From contig JBLDXI010000007.1 of NCBI GenBank assembly GCA_047495785.1, positions 558,001 to 622,000 of the forward strand: DNA of 64,000 nt. The letters are read 5' to 3'. A model generated the notes under the pieces. The model saw only the letters and a program-made list of their open reading frames with translations, made no database searches and had not been told where the DNA came from. The position numbers were made by a program, and so were the translations under genes. Shown piece after piece: positions 13,230 to 28,500 of the stretch (the stretch's first letter is position 1; every line of letters starts with the position of its first letter). Source of the stretch: Lepidodermella squamata. Its lineage: Eukaryota; Animalia; Gastrotricha.

Positions 13230-14573
13230 TCAGTTAATTTGTGATTTGTTTTGAACGTTAGTTTGACCAGCTTTGACTAGATGATGAATGCTCGGCTCGG
13301 AGACGGCATGCAAAGCCTTGGCTGAATATCTGCCAACCTCGCTGTCTTCAGCTTCGATGTCAGAGCCTACTTCTGCGAAACTATCGGCTGGCGACGGTGG
13401 AGTTACTGACGACAGCAAAGAGCTGCAGCTGTTCGGGTTATTTGGATCCATTTTGATGTCACCCTTGATTTCTTCAATGTCCCTCTTCAGCTTGGCGCGG
13501 CGGTTTTGAAACCACGTTATGACCTGCAAAAGAGTAAATTAATAATATAACGATTGACATTGACATTTTTTCGGAAATTAATACCTGTCCAGCTGTTAGA
13601 TTCAGAGTCGAAGCAAGATCATCGCGATCGCTGGAGGTAAGATACTTTTGTTTGAAAAATCGTTTTTCCAACTCAGCGATTTGGTGCGGGGTGAATGAAG
13701 TTCTCGTCTTGCGTTTCCGGCGCACCAAATTGAGCGAATGCATCGCAACATTGCCTAGAGACGCCGAGGACACGCTCGACTTGTTCGAGTGATGATGGAA
13801 ACGGTGATGATGATGGTTAGTGTGATGGCTCGAGCTCGAACTTTGACCACCAACAGCAGCGACGGCTTGTCGCAAGCGTTGTTGCTGCTGAAGAAGGGCG
13901 GCAAAGCTGCTCGTACTCGCCTGGTCCAAGTTGGGACAAGATCCGAATTCGCCAATGGCTCTTGTTATTGAACTCGCCGCCGCTGGGAGCATCATATGAC
14001 TGACTACGAATTGAGGAGCAGATTGTTGCGACGATCCTTTGAAAATTCGAGATTGAAAATATTTTAATTTTTTTATAATTTTTTACCGTTTTCTTCGACA
14101 ATCGGTCGAGAAGCAAGCTTGCACAGTTCATCCAGAGGTCCTTGCGAGTTGGTAATCCAATTGCCAACAACTGACGGGGTAGTTACTGAGGTTGCAGCAC
14201 TTGCAGTTGGCGAAACCGTTTCCGATTTGCCGCCGCCGATCTTTGGGGATGGCGAGAGAAGTGAATTTGCAGCCGAGTCAGGGGTGCTGCTAACATCTTC
14301 TCCGATATCTAGAATATCTTTCACGGAAAAGCCGCGACTTTTTCGCACCTTCGCTGGTGGCGTCGGAGTTGTTGGCGAGAGTGTGGCGCTGCTATTCGCT
14401 GCTAACAAGCGACCGTAGATCAGCGACGGCCATAACGCTTCGAGAGCTAGAGATTGCTCTTGCTGAGCAGCGGCCAAAGTCTCCAGCCTTTGTTGTTGAC
14501 TTTGCTTGCTCAGGGCAGCCAAAAGCGCGTATTGGTCGAGCAACGCGGCCGCCAACGGCAAAGATGGCAACAT
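13230..14573 (-). CDS. Lbx: Ladybird-class (NK-like) homeobox transcription factor; exons 14573-14087, 14036-13585, 13523-13230
   Basis: eh1 motif FSVKDIL, Lbx-type motif GPLDELCKLASR, homeodomain RRKRKTRTSFTPHQIAELEKRFFKQKYLTSSDRDDLASTLNLTAGQ|VITWFQNRRAKLKRDIEE with the diagnostic ITWFQNRRAKLKRD. Confidence 0.93.
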
Positions 14574-17500
14574 GATTCGAGGATTTGAGAAAACAAATTT
14601 TTAACAGCTATAAGCTAAATAATATGAGACAAAAGGTGAAAATCAATAGTTTAGTGACGTTATTCGCGAGTGTAACAAGATTTGCAGTCATTAACGCGCG
14701 CGATTCTCCACTTGTAGTCGCCAATTATAAATTCGATAGCGAAATTCAAGACGATTTTTGCGTCATATTACCGCAACGCATCAGGTGACGTTGTGCGCGC
14801 GTTGATAAACAAGATTTATTTAACATTTTAACAAGTCCTGAATCGATTGTGTTCATCAACTTCCGCTCATAATCACCAGCGTGATCTGCGACGAAACCTG
14901 ATCGGGCAGCGTCGCTCGACGCACATTTTTCTCGCGCGCGCACCGAGTGATTAATATATCACACCCAAACTTCCACTTTATTGAGTCGATAAGGTGCTGG
15001 TTTATTACGGGCAAATTTACTACCGCGCGCATGAGTGCAAGAATTACAACATCACACAATTTGCCAATTAACAAGGTATCTATCTATAAGAACGATATAT
15101 AGGCGCGATGAGTGATGGACTCGACCTGGGTGGTAGCACGGGGGCGCGGGATAATTTGATTGAGCGTATAAAATTACCGGTAGCAAGTGACCGATCGAGC
15201 AGTAGCTGGTAACTAACACGCCTCGTTGAGCAGGGCGTTCTTATTAACTGCCGAGAGTTGTTGCACTTTGCGTTTATAGCTGACTAACTAACAGGGTGCT
15301 CACCCACCGAGGCGCTTCTAGGCGCGTCTGAATCGCGGATATTAACGCGCGCGATATGGTTGAATCGACAAAAGCAGAAGATGAAGCAAAACGTTCAGCA
15401 TCGGTTTATTATTATGACTGTTACATTATTATTGATGTTCACGCGTAAATGAGATACATTTGCGCCACGACAAGTGTGCGTTATTTGCGTGTGCGTTAAT
15501 TTTCTCAATCTCGTGAGTGCGCCAGAGCGGCGCGTTTGAAACCCCGATTTTGCGCCTGGTGTTTCCGGTTATTCTCGCGATCATCATCGACGTGTCTCAT
15601 CGTAACAGGGCGCGAGAAATACTTTGTTATTGCAACAGGCGCGCCGATCATTAGCATTGCCTCTCGAAATCGTAAAAATAATGTTAAAAGCTCATCAATT
15701 TTCGCAGGGCACGCGCGCGTGTTTAACAAATCGGCGTTTATTACCTCATCATCAACTGTTACATGCGCAACTTTTTATGAGTAGCTCCGTCTTCACTGCA
15801 ACTTGATACACTGCAGAGGCGCCGCCGACGTCAATAAATATGAACACTTTGTACCGATAGGAGCGTTCGGGCTCGTCGCTCGCCACTAATTGAGCAGATT
15901 CTCTCAGGTGTTTAATACCCATTTAATGATGTCATAAATTACGGCTGCCAATCGAAGGGCGTTTTGCAAATAAACACTCTTCATCATGCAAGTCGATCGC
16001 ACCTGATAATATAGCGATATAATTCTTATGATGCTGTACAGATGCCCTCAACGCTGCGCACTTGAACAGTGTCTGGAAATGAGGTTACTTAATTGAACCG
16101 AAGGGAAAACATGTTGCAGTAAAAAATATTTAATTATTACAACCAAAATTAATTATGATATTCAATAAAACGCTTCAAACGATGTTGTCGAAGATCAAAG
16201 AGTTTTCTTATCAGTGATCATTAAAATTCACAGGGTTCCCGAAAGATTCAACGAAATGGCTATTCGTACACATGATACTTGCACGAAAATACGCTCTGGG
16301 TTTTACGTAATTTTTCTAAGGCGAAAAGCTTGCTAATTTGCTAATTAAATAACGCGATCGGTCTAATTTTATAGCGGACTCTCAGATCTAGCGATTCTCC
16401 CCCACAAATTCTATCACGATCGCACCAGCCATCAAGTTACCAAGTTACAAATGTGTAAGAAGCTTCAATCTTATCACGTTGACCCGAAAGTTCTTTCCCA
16501 AATTCTTCGATGCAATAATACATACTTGGAATAAATTCAAGGGATACACGAAAACAATTAAAATATACAAATCAAATTCATTACTAAGTGGCTTTTCGAA
16601 GCCGAATGTCTGGCCGCACTGAAATTCGCCTGGTTCCCGATTCAGCACTGAATACTCTGTTACTCTGTTCCTCATTCAAATCAATCCAGCCTCGTTCATT
16701 CTTTACTGCCTAATGCCATTCATCTGACTCTTATTCGGCTGTCATAAGTAAATTAACAGAATGGTAAGTGGTACAGACGCAAATTCTGAACGCAGCCGGG
16801 ACATCCGGCTTTGGGCAGCGTACATTTACTTACAGCGCTTCCTGTCATTTGCCAGCTTGAACTCATGAAACTTCAGCCTGGGACGCTTCCCCGTTCGGCA
16901 GGGAGCTCTTCAGTACGCGTGGGAAAGTCAAAACCAAAACACTTTTGAAACAAAGAAAGTCGGTGGAAAAACGCAAAACGTGATCTATAAGCAATTTTAT
17001 TACTGGACTGTATCGCATATAACGTATTCAGTAATTGTTAGTTGTAGAAGTGTAATACATGTTGTAGTAAAGAAAACGGAAAGCTACCAAAATCCTTAAC
17101 AATTAATTTTAAGGTTTTTTAGTTTTTCTTCGCATAAAGACACATTTTTCATTTTTTCCTTCGAATTCATCATCGCCGGCTAGACTTCATCATCGCCCAA
17201 GTAGAAAATATATAGAAAAGGAATTAACGCGCGTTTTTTTTCCAAAAAGTTGAATAGAGGCTGACGTTATATAATTTGAACGCGCATTCATGATCAGTTT
17301 TTTCAGTTTTGTATAGAAGGTATCGAAATAGCAAAAACATTTAACAATAGTGACTGTTTTGTTTGAACCTCCAATCGCATCAACAATCAATATTCAATAT
17401 ATCAAGAAGATGAGCAAACCAGATAGTAAACGTTTTTTCAAAACTTATCAATAATAATAATTGTATGAATACGAATATGAATAGATTTTTAAACTGCATA

Positions 17501-20474
17501 AGAACAATCATTGCGTATTCGCCAAAATATGGTTATCCAAGGCACATTTCGCACAGAGAAACGGCCTTGAAATCGATTCGCATAAGGTAACAAGTTGTAA
17601 ATGAATACCATATCGTCAATAAATGAGGTCACGCTATCATAAATCGAATTGTTAGACATTTCTTACCACAACATGATGATAATCGATTATTATAGTTATT
17701 ATTATTAGGTATTATATTTATTATTATGCCTAAATAATCGCCCGACTTTTCTTTCCTCTCCTGTTAAACAAATGAAATAGTATTATAACACTGCAAAATT
17801 AACTAGCACGTTACGCGATATTTACGTCCTACAAGAAAAACTGGCGGTATAAAAAAATGAAGCGTCTAAGTATTACAAGATTTTTGCAGTAATACGAACA
17901 CAACACAGTTGGTGTGACGAAGATCGGTGCGCACCGAATCAGAGCGCGCCTGAAATCGCCATGAAGTTTTGAACATAATAACAGACATAGGCGCATATTG
18001 TCGCGGTATAAAGTTTTATAATATGAAACTATTATCAAACTTGATCAAGAACCGGGAGTGTTAACTGACAAAACATGATCCAAGAAAAACGACATAAAGA
18101 AATGCGACGTGATAACCTCAAATATGGCCGGTCAGTAGTAGCAAAAAGTAGCTCAAAGTTGTAATATTACTTCATCATATTCATAGCGATAACATATATA
18201 TGTGAGAGAGACAGAGAGAGCTCGTGAAAAAGACTGCGTAAAAAACTCTACCGATTTTCAAGAAGTATCATCCCCCTTCACCACCACGATACCTAATGTG
18301 CATCAATAATAATATAATATTTTTTCTGAACGGTTTATATCAAAATTTATATACTTATCATTGTTATATTAACTGCTCTATATGATTCTTTTTATAAGCA
18401 AGATATACAGTCTGCATATTAAAGTGAAAAACCTGCATCTTCATTCTCAGCGCGCGACATATTGGTAATAAATTTTGCTATCTTTCGAATAATATAGAAA
18501 TTTTATATAAGAGAATAATCTGAGAATGCACAGTTATATAAACTCTGCGCGGAAGAATTTTTCACAATATTCAAAATTGGTTTCGAGACGATAAAAGCTG
18601 ATTTCTTTAGCAGATATCTCCTGTGATTTGCGAAGACACATAGTTATAGCAAGAAGAGAATGATAATAACGAGAGAAAAGCAGTTTCATCTTTGCAATTT
18701 TAGCTATGTTTATTAGTTTAAACGCAGATAGTAAATATTATTATTTTCTTCAATCGTTAGCAAAAATACGAAAGAATTGTACTGTGCCGCGATTATCTAT
18801 GATTGATACAGCTATTTCAGTAAAGGTCACCCACTACCGTTAGCAACGCTGTTTATCATCAAAATAAATAGCACTTCATAATTTTACAGTACTTGATATA
18901 AATTTTACAATGTAAAGAAATATACATTTTTTTAATTCTTCTCATGGAACAAGATGGAAACGATTTGCGCTGCGCTCTTGTTTAGATAGATAGATAGATA
19001 ACGTAGTAAATGCCAGGTAAGATTTGATCCGTGGCAATTTTGCGACTACAAGAATAGCTGGAGCTTTCCAAAATGCATCAAAAATGAAGTAAACGAGTTA
19101 GGTAATAGCTTTTAGAAGAAGTTGTTACGAAATAATCAATATAAAGAATAATAACAAATGCTGCACAGTTGAATATTAGTAAATAGCTTCATAATTATTT
19201 ACATAAATAATATTCTCTTCAATTATCAAGGTGGATATTACAAAAGTTATACGCTTTAACGTCGTCGCTAGTGCCAATACAGAACGAGAAAAGGAGCTTT
19301 TTATCAGAGCTGCTGAACTGCCTCGTAAAAAACGCTTACAGCAATAACGCAACAAAAGGCAAAGTTCAGTAGTTAGAAGTAGAAGAAGACACAATTACAG
19401 GATACAAATGTTCAGCTTTTCTCGGTCGTTTGCTATTGTTTTAGTAGCAGTAGTAGCTTCAAATTGACAACTAATATTAAATGACTCGAAGAAAGCGAAA
19501 AAGAACAGCAAAAAACACCGCAAAAGTCTCATATCAACTCCAGCCGATCATTCATTCCAAGATATCTCTCTCAATCTAAATACATTTCCATCCTTCTAAC
19601 ACAGGTATGTATGATGTTTTGAATCGCAATGAATCGCCAAAAAAGACACCACAACTTATTTTGGAGACATCATTGTGTAAATGCGCGAACAATAAGTATG
19701 GTATGCAAAGACAGCAAAAAAACAGAAAGGAACTTCGAGAGACAAGAAGAAACACAAATACGCATTAGAAAAACGCGGGTTGCTAAACCATCGCGATCAC
19801 CTTATAGTAATAATGATTCTGTTATCATCGACTTCGCCTCACGTCATCGAGCATGAACTGTATAAAACGAGGTTAGAGGAGTTATATAAATGGAAAAAAA
19901 AGAAAAACAATAATGATTATTTTCAAGGTAGATGATAGGCGCCAACTTTATATTTACGAAAGTAATACATTCAACGAGTTTTTTGGAAACCAGTTTCCAT
20001 TTCAACCGAAAACCTCGATTAGGTAAATATTGTTTAATGGTAGTAATAATCATAATATTGTTGTGTAGCAAGATAAATCACACTTGCGCCTTCAAATAGC
20101 TTCAAATTTCATTCATCATCAATCTAGGATGGAGACAACACGCACGAAGAAGAAAAATTGGAGCACAACTTCGTGGCTGTATTATTATTATTATTAGCTA
20201 TCATAGAAAGGGTGTGTTTTCGAACACATCAACGCATTTTAGTTATATCATCATCAGTGAAAAAGTGGAAAGGCGAGTTTTGGTTTATAGACTGTACAAA
20301 ATAGTTGATATTATCATCTTTTCATAGAGAGAGATAGTTGATGCGTAGTAATAATAGCTATATCGATTTGTTTAAATGTGTTGTTTTTTGTACAAGAACC
20401 GTCCAAATCTCTCCATCTTCATCCTCTCAGCATCTTCCACCACCTTGACTTCAACCATCATCATCATCACCACT

Positions 20475-22579
20475 TCAACTTTCGGTAGCTGCCAATTGAT
20501 CCCAGCCGCTTGTGCCGGCGGCGAGGCGCAACGACTGAACCCATTGCGACGTGCCAGTCAGAGACGCGTTGTCAGCGAACATGTTCGAGACGTTCGACGC
20601 AGACGAGCCAGAGGCGCCGAGGCCCCACGAGTCAGTGCCACAGTGGCCGGCGTTCAGGCTGCTGTTGAACAGCGACAACGAGCCGGACGACGACGTCGAC
20701 GAGTTGGAGTGGTCGCTGAACGTCGAGTTATGGTGGTTCTGCTGTTGCTGCTGCTTGGCAGTCGCCGACGAGCTCACCGGGGTCGACGATGCCCACGACG
20801 ACGAGACAACGCTCGACGGCGAAACGATGCCAGAGTCGAATAGCAGCGAGCCAATGGCGGCCGAGCTAGAGCTAGTCGTGCTCGGGAAGAAGGCGTTCGA
20901 CGATGACGTCGAAAGGCCTGGAATGCTGCTGTTGCCGTTGCTCGTAGCGTTGCCGTGGTAGCTGTGGCGTTGACCATTGCTTGAATGGCCATTCATGCCG
21001 TTAAGGCCGTGGCCGTTGCTCTGGCGCAGGTGATTGCTGTCAAACGAGTTCGTAAGCGAGGGAGCGAACTCGCTGAGAGCTGGCGATGAAATCGACGAAC
21101 CACATCCTAGAAAAAAGGAATTGAAACGATTATGTCATCGATAAAAAATCCCCACATAATAAATCGTTTAGTTTTATGCAGCCTTCTGATGTTAGCAATT
21201 TGACCTGACCCACATTCCATAATTATACGAGACCGTCCGCAAGGAAAGCAATAAAATTTGCTTTACGATTTGTCATAATGAGTGCAAGCAACGGTTTTTT
21301 TAATGATGAATCATTGCGCCATTATTGGAGGTTTTTGCTTTTCTTGCGGGCGGTTTTATTTTGTTTAAAAATTACCTTGTAAATCTTGAAGCAGGAACGC
21401 GAAATCAGCGGCAGACGGGGTGCGGTAGCCATTGCTGTTGGTAAGGCGGCCGTTGTTGGCCGAGACACCGGTTCCGCACGACGAAACAGCGGTGCTGTTG
21501 CCGAGAACGGCAGCCGTAGCCGATGTGACAACTGGCGGCAGCGGCCCTGACTGGAAAACGTTCTCGTTCTGCTGGTAGCGGGACGTCGGTGAGACGATGC
21601 CTGACTGCGACGGTTGCTGTGGAGCCCAGCCGTTAGGCGTGCTGACATTGCTGCCGCCGCGCACTGAGTTCGTCGTCGACGAGCCGTTGGCGCGGCTAAG
21701 CGGCGTGTCGGCGCCGTTTTGCGGAGCGCCGTTCGAACCATTAGCGCCGCCGTTGAGTCGCTGCGGCCGACGCGCGCTGCCAGATGTCTGCGAGCGGAAC
21801 TTGGTAGAGCCGAACTTAGTCTGCGCGAAAACAGCTGTAGGCACAGCGGCTGAACTGTTGTTGCCAATCGGGCGGATCGACAACAAGGCAAGCAGGTTGG
21901 GATCGACGCCGTCAAGCAGGCCAACAGCATCGACAGACGGGTTGAGAAAAGCGCCCTGGCCGTTGAGGCTTCCTCCCTCGGACAGAACACGACGAGTGCT
22001 GTAAATAGGAATCGGTTCGACGTTGTGGCTTGTACCAATGCTAATAAATAAACGCAAAAAAAAATAATTATTCAAGCGCACAATTTTTAAGGAGGAATTT
22101 TTCATTAAAATTAATAAAAAATCGACTTACCAATACGCTACTTCGCCAGATTCGATAAAAAGCGCAAGAGCAAGCGGCAATTCCTGAACGACTTCTTCCA
22201 CTGTCAAGCCAGATGATCGAATCGCATCCGTCACCACCGAGTCGATTTCAAGCGGCGGCGAGACAGCAATGCGCACTGTTCGCTGAGTCAAACCTAAATT
22301 GTTTACGAAAAAATATTCAAAATTCACAATTCTCAATTTAAAATTTAAAATTTACCTTGGGTTTCGGAAGTTAATTTTTTATGGAGAGCTGACGATAATT
22401 CCTCTGCGAAGACGTCGACGCGACGACGAGGCAATTTATTGTACAAAAACGAAATCACATAGTTAGCTGCTATGGTCACTTCAATGGGCCTGTACATTGC
22501 GGCAAAAAAATTATAAGATACGCGGTCGAAATTAATCAGATAGAACTTACAAATACTGCTGATCGGAAGTCATTTTCAT
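20475..22579 (-). CDS. TOB: Tob-subfamily BTG/Tob antiproliferative protein; exons 22579-22551, 22489-22356, 22293-22131, 22040-21376, 21106-20475
   Basis: IEVTIAANYVISFLYNKLPRRRVDVFAEEL (Tob N-terminus), Tob-specific FAQTKFGSTKF, PAM2-like TPSAADFAF, low-complexity Ser/Asn/Gln tail. Confidence 0.88.
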
Positions 22580-25500
22580 TTGGGTCGGGATTTAATTATA
22601 AATGCTCAAACAAGAAAATCAAATCTGCGGCACTGCTTATTACTTAAAAACAACTAGAAATGATTGTGAGAAAAAAATTGAGTAAAAAACGAGTGTGAGT
22701 TCGGTGTGGGCAGTGGTTTCCGTTGAGATATAGTTAGCATATAGTAGATTTATTCCGAGTAGAAATTTTTATCGCCTGGGAGGTGGAGCAGGGGGTTCCT
22801 TTTAGAGGAAACGGCGGCGGACGCCAATGTGTCGCGTGTATGCGTGTATTTAGTAATACGAGCGACCTTAAAACTGCAAGCGAGCCAGCTAACAAGCCAG
22901 CCAAGCCATATCTCCGTTGAGCGAGGCGAGCCCGACAGTGGTTTCTTGGTGTAATTTGCCTCAATGCAACTCACTACTGCGGGCTCTATTTGACAAGAGG
23001 CGTTATCTTGTGTATGAGCTAACTGTGTTTTCGTCGCCTTCAGTCAGCAGCTGAATCGACGGTTTCCACTAGAAAGAAACGAGGCGGGGCAAACTTGACG
23101 GTAAATGGTAATCGGAATCTTCACGCAAATAATTACTACGACAGAGAGGTATATTTGATATTAATTGGCATAACAACAGCACGTGCAAACTAAAAGTCAA
23201 TCATCAAATGACTGTTATCAACATACAGTACAGTACAGCGACAGAAAAAATAGCGGCCTCGTGTTTTTACAACATGCCTTATTTAGTGTACGCCAGATGA
23301 GTAGACAGGCCGGCGTCGAAGACCAAGTTGAGAAAAACAATATTATTATTAGCGACAAAATCGTCGAATAACAGATTATTGCGGCCAATCAGTAGGTTTT
23401 TATAGCGCAGCGAGCTCGTGTATGAACCGACGTCGCCCTGAAAGGGTCAACGACAGAAATAGATCAACGTGTTCGAACTCTTAATTGGGCGAAAAACCTT
23501 TAATCCGAGACCATTTTTTGCAGTGAACAATCGAATTTTCACGGGCGCGTGTGTCACCCTGGCGCTTTGAACACCCGGCGCCACACTCAAAAAATCACAC
23601 ACAACAACAGCCGGTGCGCGCGAGGTGTATTGCATCACACTCGTAAAAACTCGAACTAAAAAATTGGACGGGATGAGACCTAGAAAAAATGTGGATGGTC
23701 AAATAAACAATCTGAAACATGACTAGATACGCGAAAAAGATGAAAGAGAGATAAAAAATATCGGGGTAATAAAAAGTTGCGTTGTCTTCTAATGATAATG
23801 ACACGCCAGAAGTCGCGTTGGTTCGACCCGATAACAAACATTTTGATAGCGCTGGTATAGTTAGGCGCGGTTTGGCTTCGGTTGGACGTCGTCGTCTTAC
23901 CAGTCTGCGGCGCAGCTATGAATAAGAATGTGATTACTATTCGCTATCTATCTTATGAAATATTAAAATGCGAATCGACAAACGCCGCGGTCGAAGCAAT
24001 GTATAGGCAGGCCTGGGCGGAGAAAAGTTGGTCAACCAAAAGCAAGCTCGAGCGTTGGCTCCGAATTGTTTATGCGCGATGAGGTGATAGCAATTGTTTT
24101 ATTCGTGTCGCCAGGCGTCATGGCCAAAACAGCGAAAAACTTACATCATCATCGCCACTACATGACTTATAAATATTACAGTAGCAGCAGCAATAGTAGT
24201 GATGTGGAAGTGATGGCAACTTGTCCTGTCATTGCCGGTGCCATCGTCGGCATGAAGTGGCCGATAAAATTGACAAGTGATTTCCCGCTACATAGAAGAG
24301 CGTGCGGCCTCTACTTTATTAATAATTACAGAAACATACGGGTGAGAAAAATAACATGCAACGCCAGTCCTTAGCGCAATAATCAAACTTGAGCGAATAA
24401 TGTCGCGCGCGGCGTCGCTCAGTCAAGTGGAGAGAGCGCCTTTTTTCGAAGGCGAAAGATTGGAGTAATAAAAATAGAGCCAGGCGAGGAAGTTGAGTGT
24501 GTACAATATTTAGAAGTAAAACGGCAAACAACGGTGAAAGGGCAAACTTGCGCGATAAGATTTAGGCTTGGCAGTCACCTCTCAGTAGCCCACGCGCAAC
24601 TTACCTGTGTTTGGGTAAACACAGCTAGCGCATATCACGAGGCGACGTCCGCCTCATCGTCAGCCGTGAGCGAGAGCGAGCGCGCACCAAAATCTCTGCG
24701 CATCCAGAAGCTGCTTAAGAAAGTAAGCATCGCGCGCGTCAAATGTTTCTACAGTAATTTAAACTGTCGCACAAATTTTCTTCTTTGTGTCAGTCATCGA
24801 GCGCGTCCCATTACTACTACTACTACTACATTTACTTTTATGGTCTTACCTACATATTACATCCCAAGGCACTGCTTTTACGTGTGTTCATGTGTTGTTG
24901 CTTGAGTAGCGAGCAGTATGAGTTTGAGAATTTAAACTGTTTAATTACAGCGTAACATCTTTTGTTTAGATTTAACAGGGGTATTACCTTGAAATTAAAC
25001 TCTTAATGACCATATTATTTAAAGGCATTGTCTTACAAATTAATTTTCTTCTACGGCTAAGCGGCGACGATGAAGCGAAATGGGCCTCGGCGCACATGAC
25101 TGCGAAAAACAAGCCCAAGAATGCTGATCACGCAGCGATTTAGTAGCCCGTCTAAGTTAAGCCATCAGCATTTTAGACTGCCGCGGCAGCGGAGTAAAGT
25201 CGATCTTCATCCCTCGAACATTAAACTATCGAATCACGCACACAAATAAATAAGCATGAGAGGGAGGCTCGTGCTGTGCGAGTAGAGGGAGACACAAGCC
25301 CAGAAAGGTGGCGGCGCTCGTGAAATGTGATCGAATCGATTTTAGAGAGCGCTAGATAGCCTAAGTGTCGCTCTCTGCAAGCTGCAAAAAGAAACATTAA
25401 AATTATTACTATTATTGTGTTCATTATTATTTATAATTTAAAACGCGCGCGACAGGTTGTCGTCAGCAGCCGCGCCGACAAGAAATAGCGAACGGCACTT

Positions 25501-28500
25501 GGGCTTGCCGAAAAAAACTAAAAATGATGATTTCTCTTTCATAGTGACTAACTGGCTGACACAGCACGTACACGCTAGGGTTCAGAAAACGGCGATAGGC
25601 AAAGTTCACTGTTTTTTAAATTACCAGAATGCAAATTTCACCGATCCAACTTCCTGATGAGCGCGCCGCATCGAGATAGAATGAATACACGTAGAAAAAG
25701 GTGTTGAGGCCGCTATTGATGTAAACTGGCGAGGCGGAAAAAATTAGCGAGCCAATTTTAAATACAGTTGGGACAAGGAAAGGCTACTACCACACTTCTC
25801 AAACCATTCTTACATCAGACACACACCCTATGAACTACAATTGCACCTGATCCAGAGTGCAGAATTCTACTTGTCGACAACTGCGACTATCTTGTTAATC
25901 CACATGCGAATGACGTCGCAGCCAAAATTTTCGTATCAGAAAAAGTGGCTTTTTTAACCCATGTAGTAGAATTATGAGCCGCGTGGCACGCCGCCTACAG
26001 AGGCCACGTATGAAAACATGAGGAAAACGTTCAATAAACGATGATTCATACCATAGCACATAGCAGCGTGGCAGGTGACGGCTGGGTGTAGCTTATAATG
26101 TTTGGAAAAGAGGAGCAATGCTTTTCCTTTCTCGATCCTGACGACATTGCCGCAAAAAATATTAGCAGACAAGGCAGAAAAAAACACGCAGAGCAACACG
26201 CGTTTTATAAGGTGTGTATCATTAATTCTATGAGGTGATTAAAAGGTATCATCATAATGAAAAGGCCTTGATCTTTAAAAGCATAAAAAACGCTGGCCGA
26301 TAAAAGTCAATCCGGCCAGCGGCGCTTCTTTTCGGAACACGATCAATGGGGACAAAAAACTAGGATGAAAGTGGGATTATTTTTAGCTTCATATTGCTGC
26401 CTGATTGGAATTCTGCATTAGTTTAATTCAGAGACCAACAGGCGTGAGGAGTTGAGTACAGAGATAAAAATCACACGTAGCACAGGTTTTACGCACATAT
26501 ACACAATATACACGAGTGCAACAGCCTGACTATTAGCATTGCTAAAAAATAACAGAATTTTCCTGCATCTAACCAGAAGAGAGAATTAAGTGTAATAATA
26601 TATCGCATGGCTGGTGTGGGGTGTTTTTTAGTCCTAGATTAATATCGAAAATTTTATTGCTGCTCGTTGAGAAGTGCGATTTCGTTCGCGACGTCTGGTC
26701 TGGGCTGAAGGTAGAGGCGGATGAGGGTAGTAATAATTCGCACAAAAATTGCCTGAAACGTGGTGCACGTTTTATTTATTGCCCCGCCTCTCTGTTGCGT
26801 CGCTTTGTACAATTTCCAGGGCGGTTGGGTGAAATCGGTGCCCTAAAGGTTAAGCCGTAATAAATAACCGTCATCAGGTAGGTAATCACACCGATTATTA
26901 GTCGTTATAAAAACCCGCGTGCGCCAGTCAGTCTGGCTCGCGTTGACTGCAAAAAAGTCAGGTACTTAGTAGGGATGACACTCGTTGACACTGTGTGAAA
27001 AGGTAAATAATACGGGTCGAAAAAAACGACGCCTTTGAACGACGTGACCGCATAAAAAATGACCATAACACTGGCCAAAGGTGCGCTCGTGTATCATCTC
27101 TTTGACACGCAGCGATTTAATGATCTTGGAAAAAAATTCTTGCCAACGGTGACCTACGTTGTATAATGCCTCAAGTCGTGTGTAAATTTGATGAGTAACA
27201 TTGACTTTTGGCCAGCGAAAGTGAAAATAACGATATTATTAATAATAGTAATAACAAAATTGTTTATAAACATGCTGGCTGCTAAGTTGCTAGGATAAAC
27301 CGATGAACGGTAGCTGAGTTTACTGCACAACGTTCCAAGATTGCACTATGTGGTTAGATGGAGAAAACATAAATAGCAGCATGAGACAGCGCTTGCCAGC
27401 CATGAAGAAGATAACAAACTGAGTGCGATTGCCCAGAAGCTAAATTTCGAGTCGCACATGGCTGCTGCCTACGCCGTTTAAAATGTTCCACCACACATTC
27501 CGGGGACCATTTTGCGCGCGACAATTGACGGCGCGCAATGAAGGCACCGCCTAACAAACAGCAGCAGCCTTTTGTCTTGACGCCAGCGCGACGAAGTTGG
27601 GTCATCACCTGTGCGTCTCTCTTCGCTCTCAAAGCCCGCGTGTAATACCTGCGCATCATGAAAGAGCAAAGGTAGCGCACCAACGCGAGTCTGCCCCAGT
27701 TCCGTTTTAGCGCTACTGATGATGATTTTCATGACTTTTGATTTACGCACGCGATATAGCAGCGCGCTCTAAAAATGCGGTGTATAACCAGGCGCTCATT
27801 ACAACGGCGGTTTCGCGTCGACGGCGGGGATTCTGCTCATCGCGATGCCTATCTCAGCGCGACACGACTTTTTCGCTCTTATGCACTCTCGCACATCGTC
27901 ATGTGCGGTTACACGCTGCAAAATGTCCCTCAACACCAATAACGATGTGTCATACAAATTTTAAACGCACTTCAATAATAAAAATGAAATAACTGCAATA
28001 ATTCTAGCCACAGATTTAGTCGCCGCTTAGATTTTAAACATCGACGACGGGGTTCCTTGGACCACCGCTTTTAAAAATGCCTAAATACGCTTTTATCTGC
28101 GACATGAGAGAGTATAGATAATATAGCCTGTCTTCAATAATTCATATATTTTAGGGACATGCTAAGATTAGAATACATGTAATAAGAGTGCATTAATTGT
28201 TAAAGGGCACGCGGATGATCACGGACACGATCAGGTGACTCCGGCAAAAGCTTATTAAGAGAAATGCCCGAATATAGTATGAGACAATGATGCCATTTAC
28301 GACTGACAACGCAAAAAATGCGTCGGTGAGATTATACATTGTAAAGAGAGAATGACTGTCATCAGGCAATATTATGATGAAGACGACGATAACAGCAGAC
28401 TTCACTGATACTAGAACCGAAAGTAAACACTATGTCAGAGCGAAAAAAATGGATCATAAAACATTAGCGGCATATATATTTGCAGAAAATATCGCAACAT

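Noticed and set aside
14746-20400. Many 60-80 aa ORFs between Lbx and Tob
   Set aside because: No motifs or coherent exon chain; likely UTR and regulatory DNA.
20376-22004. + strand ORFs overlapping Tob
   Set aside because: Antisense shadows of GC-rich coding exons.
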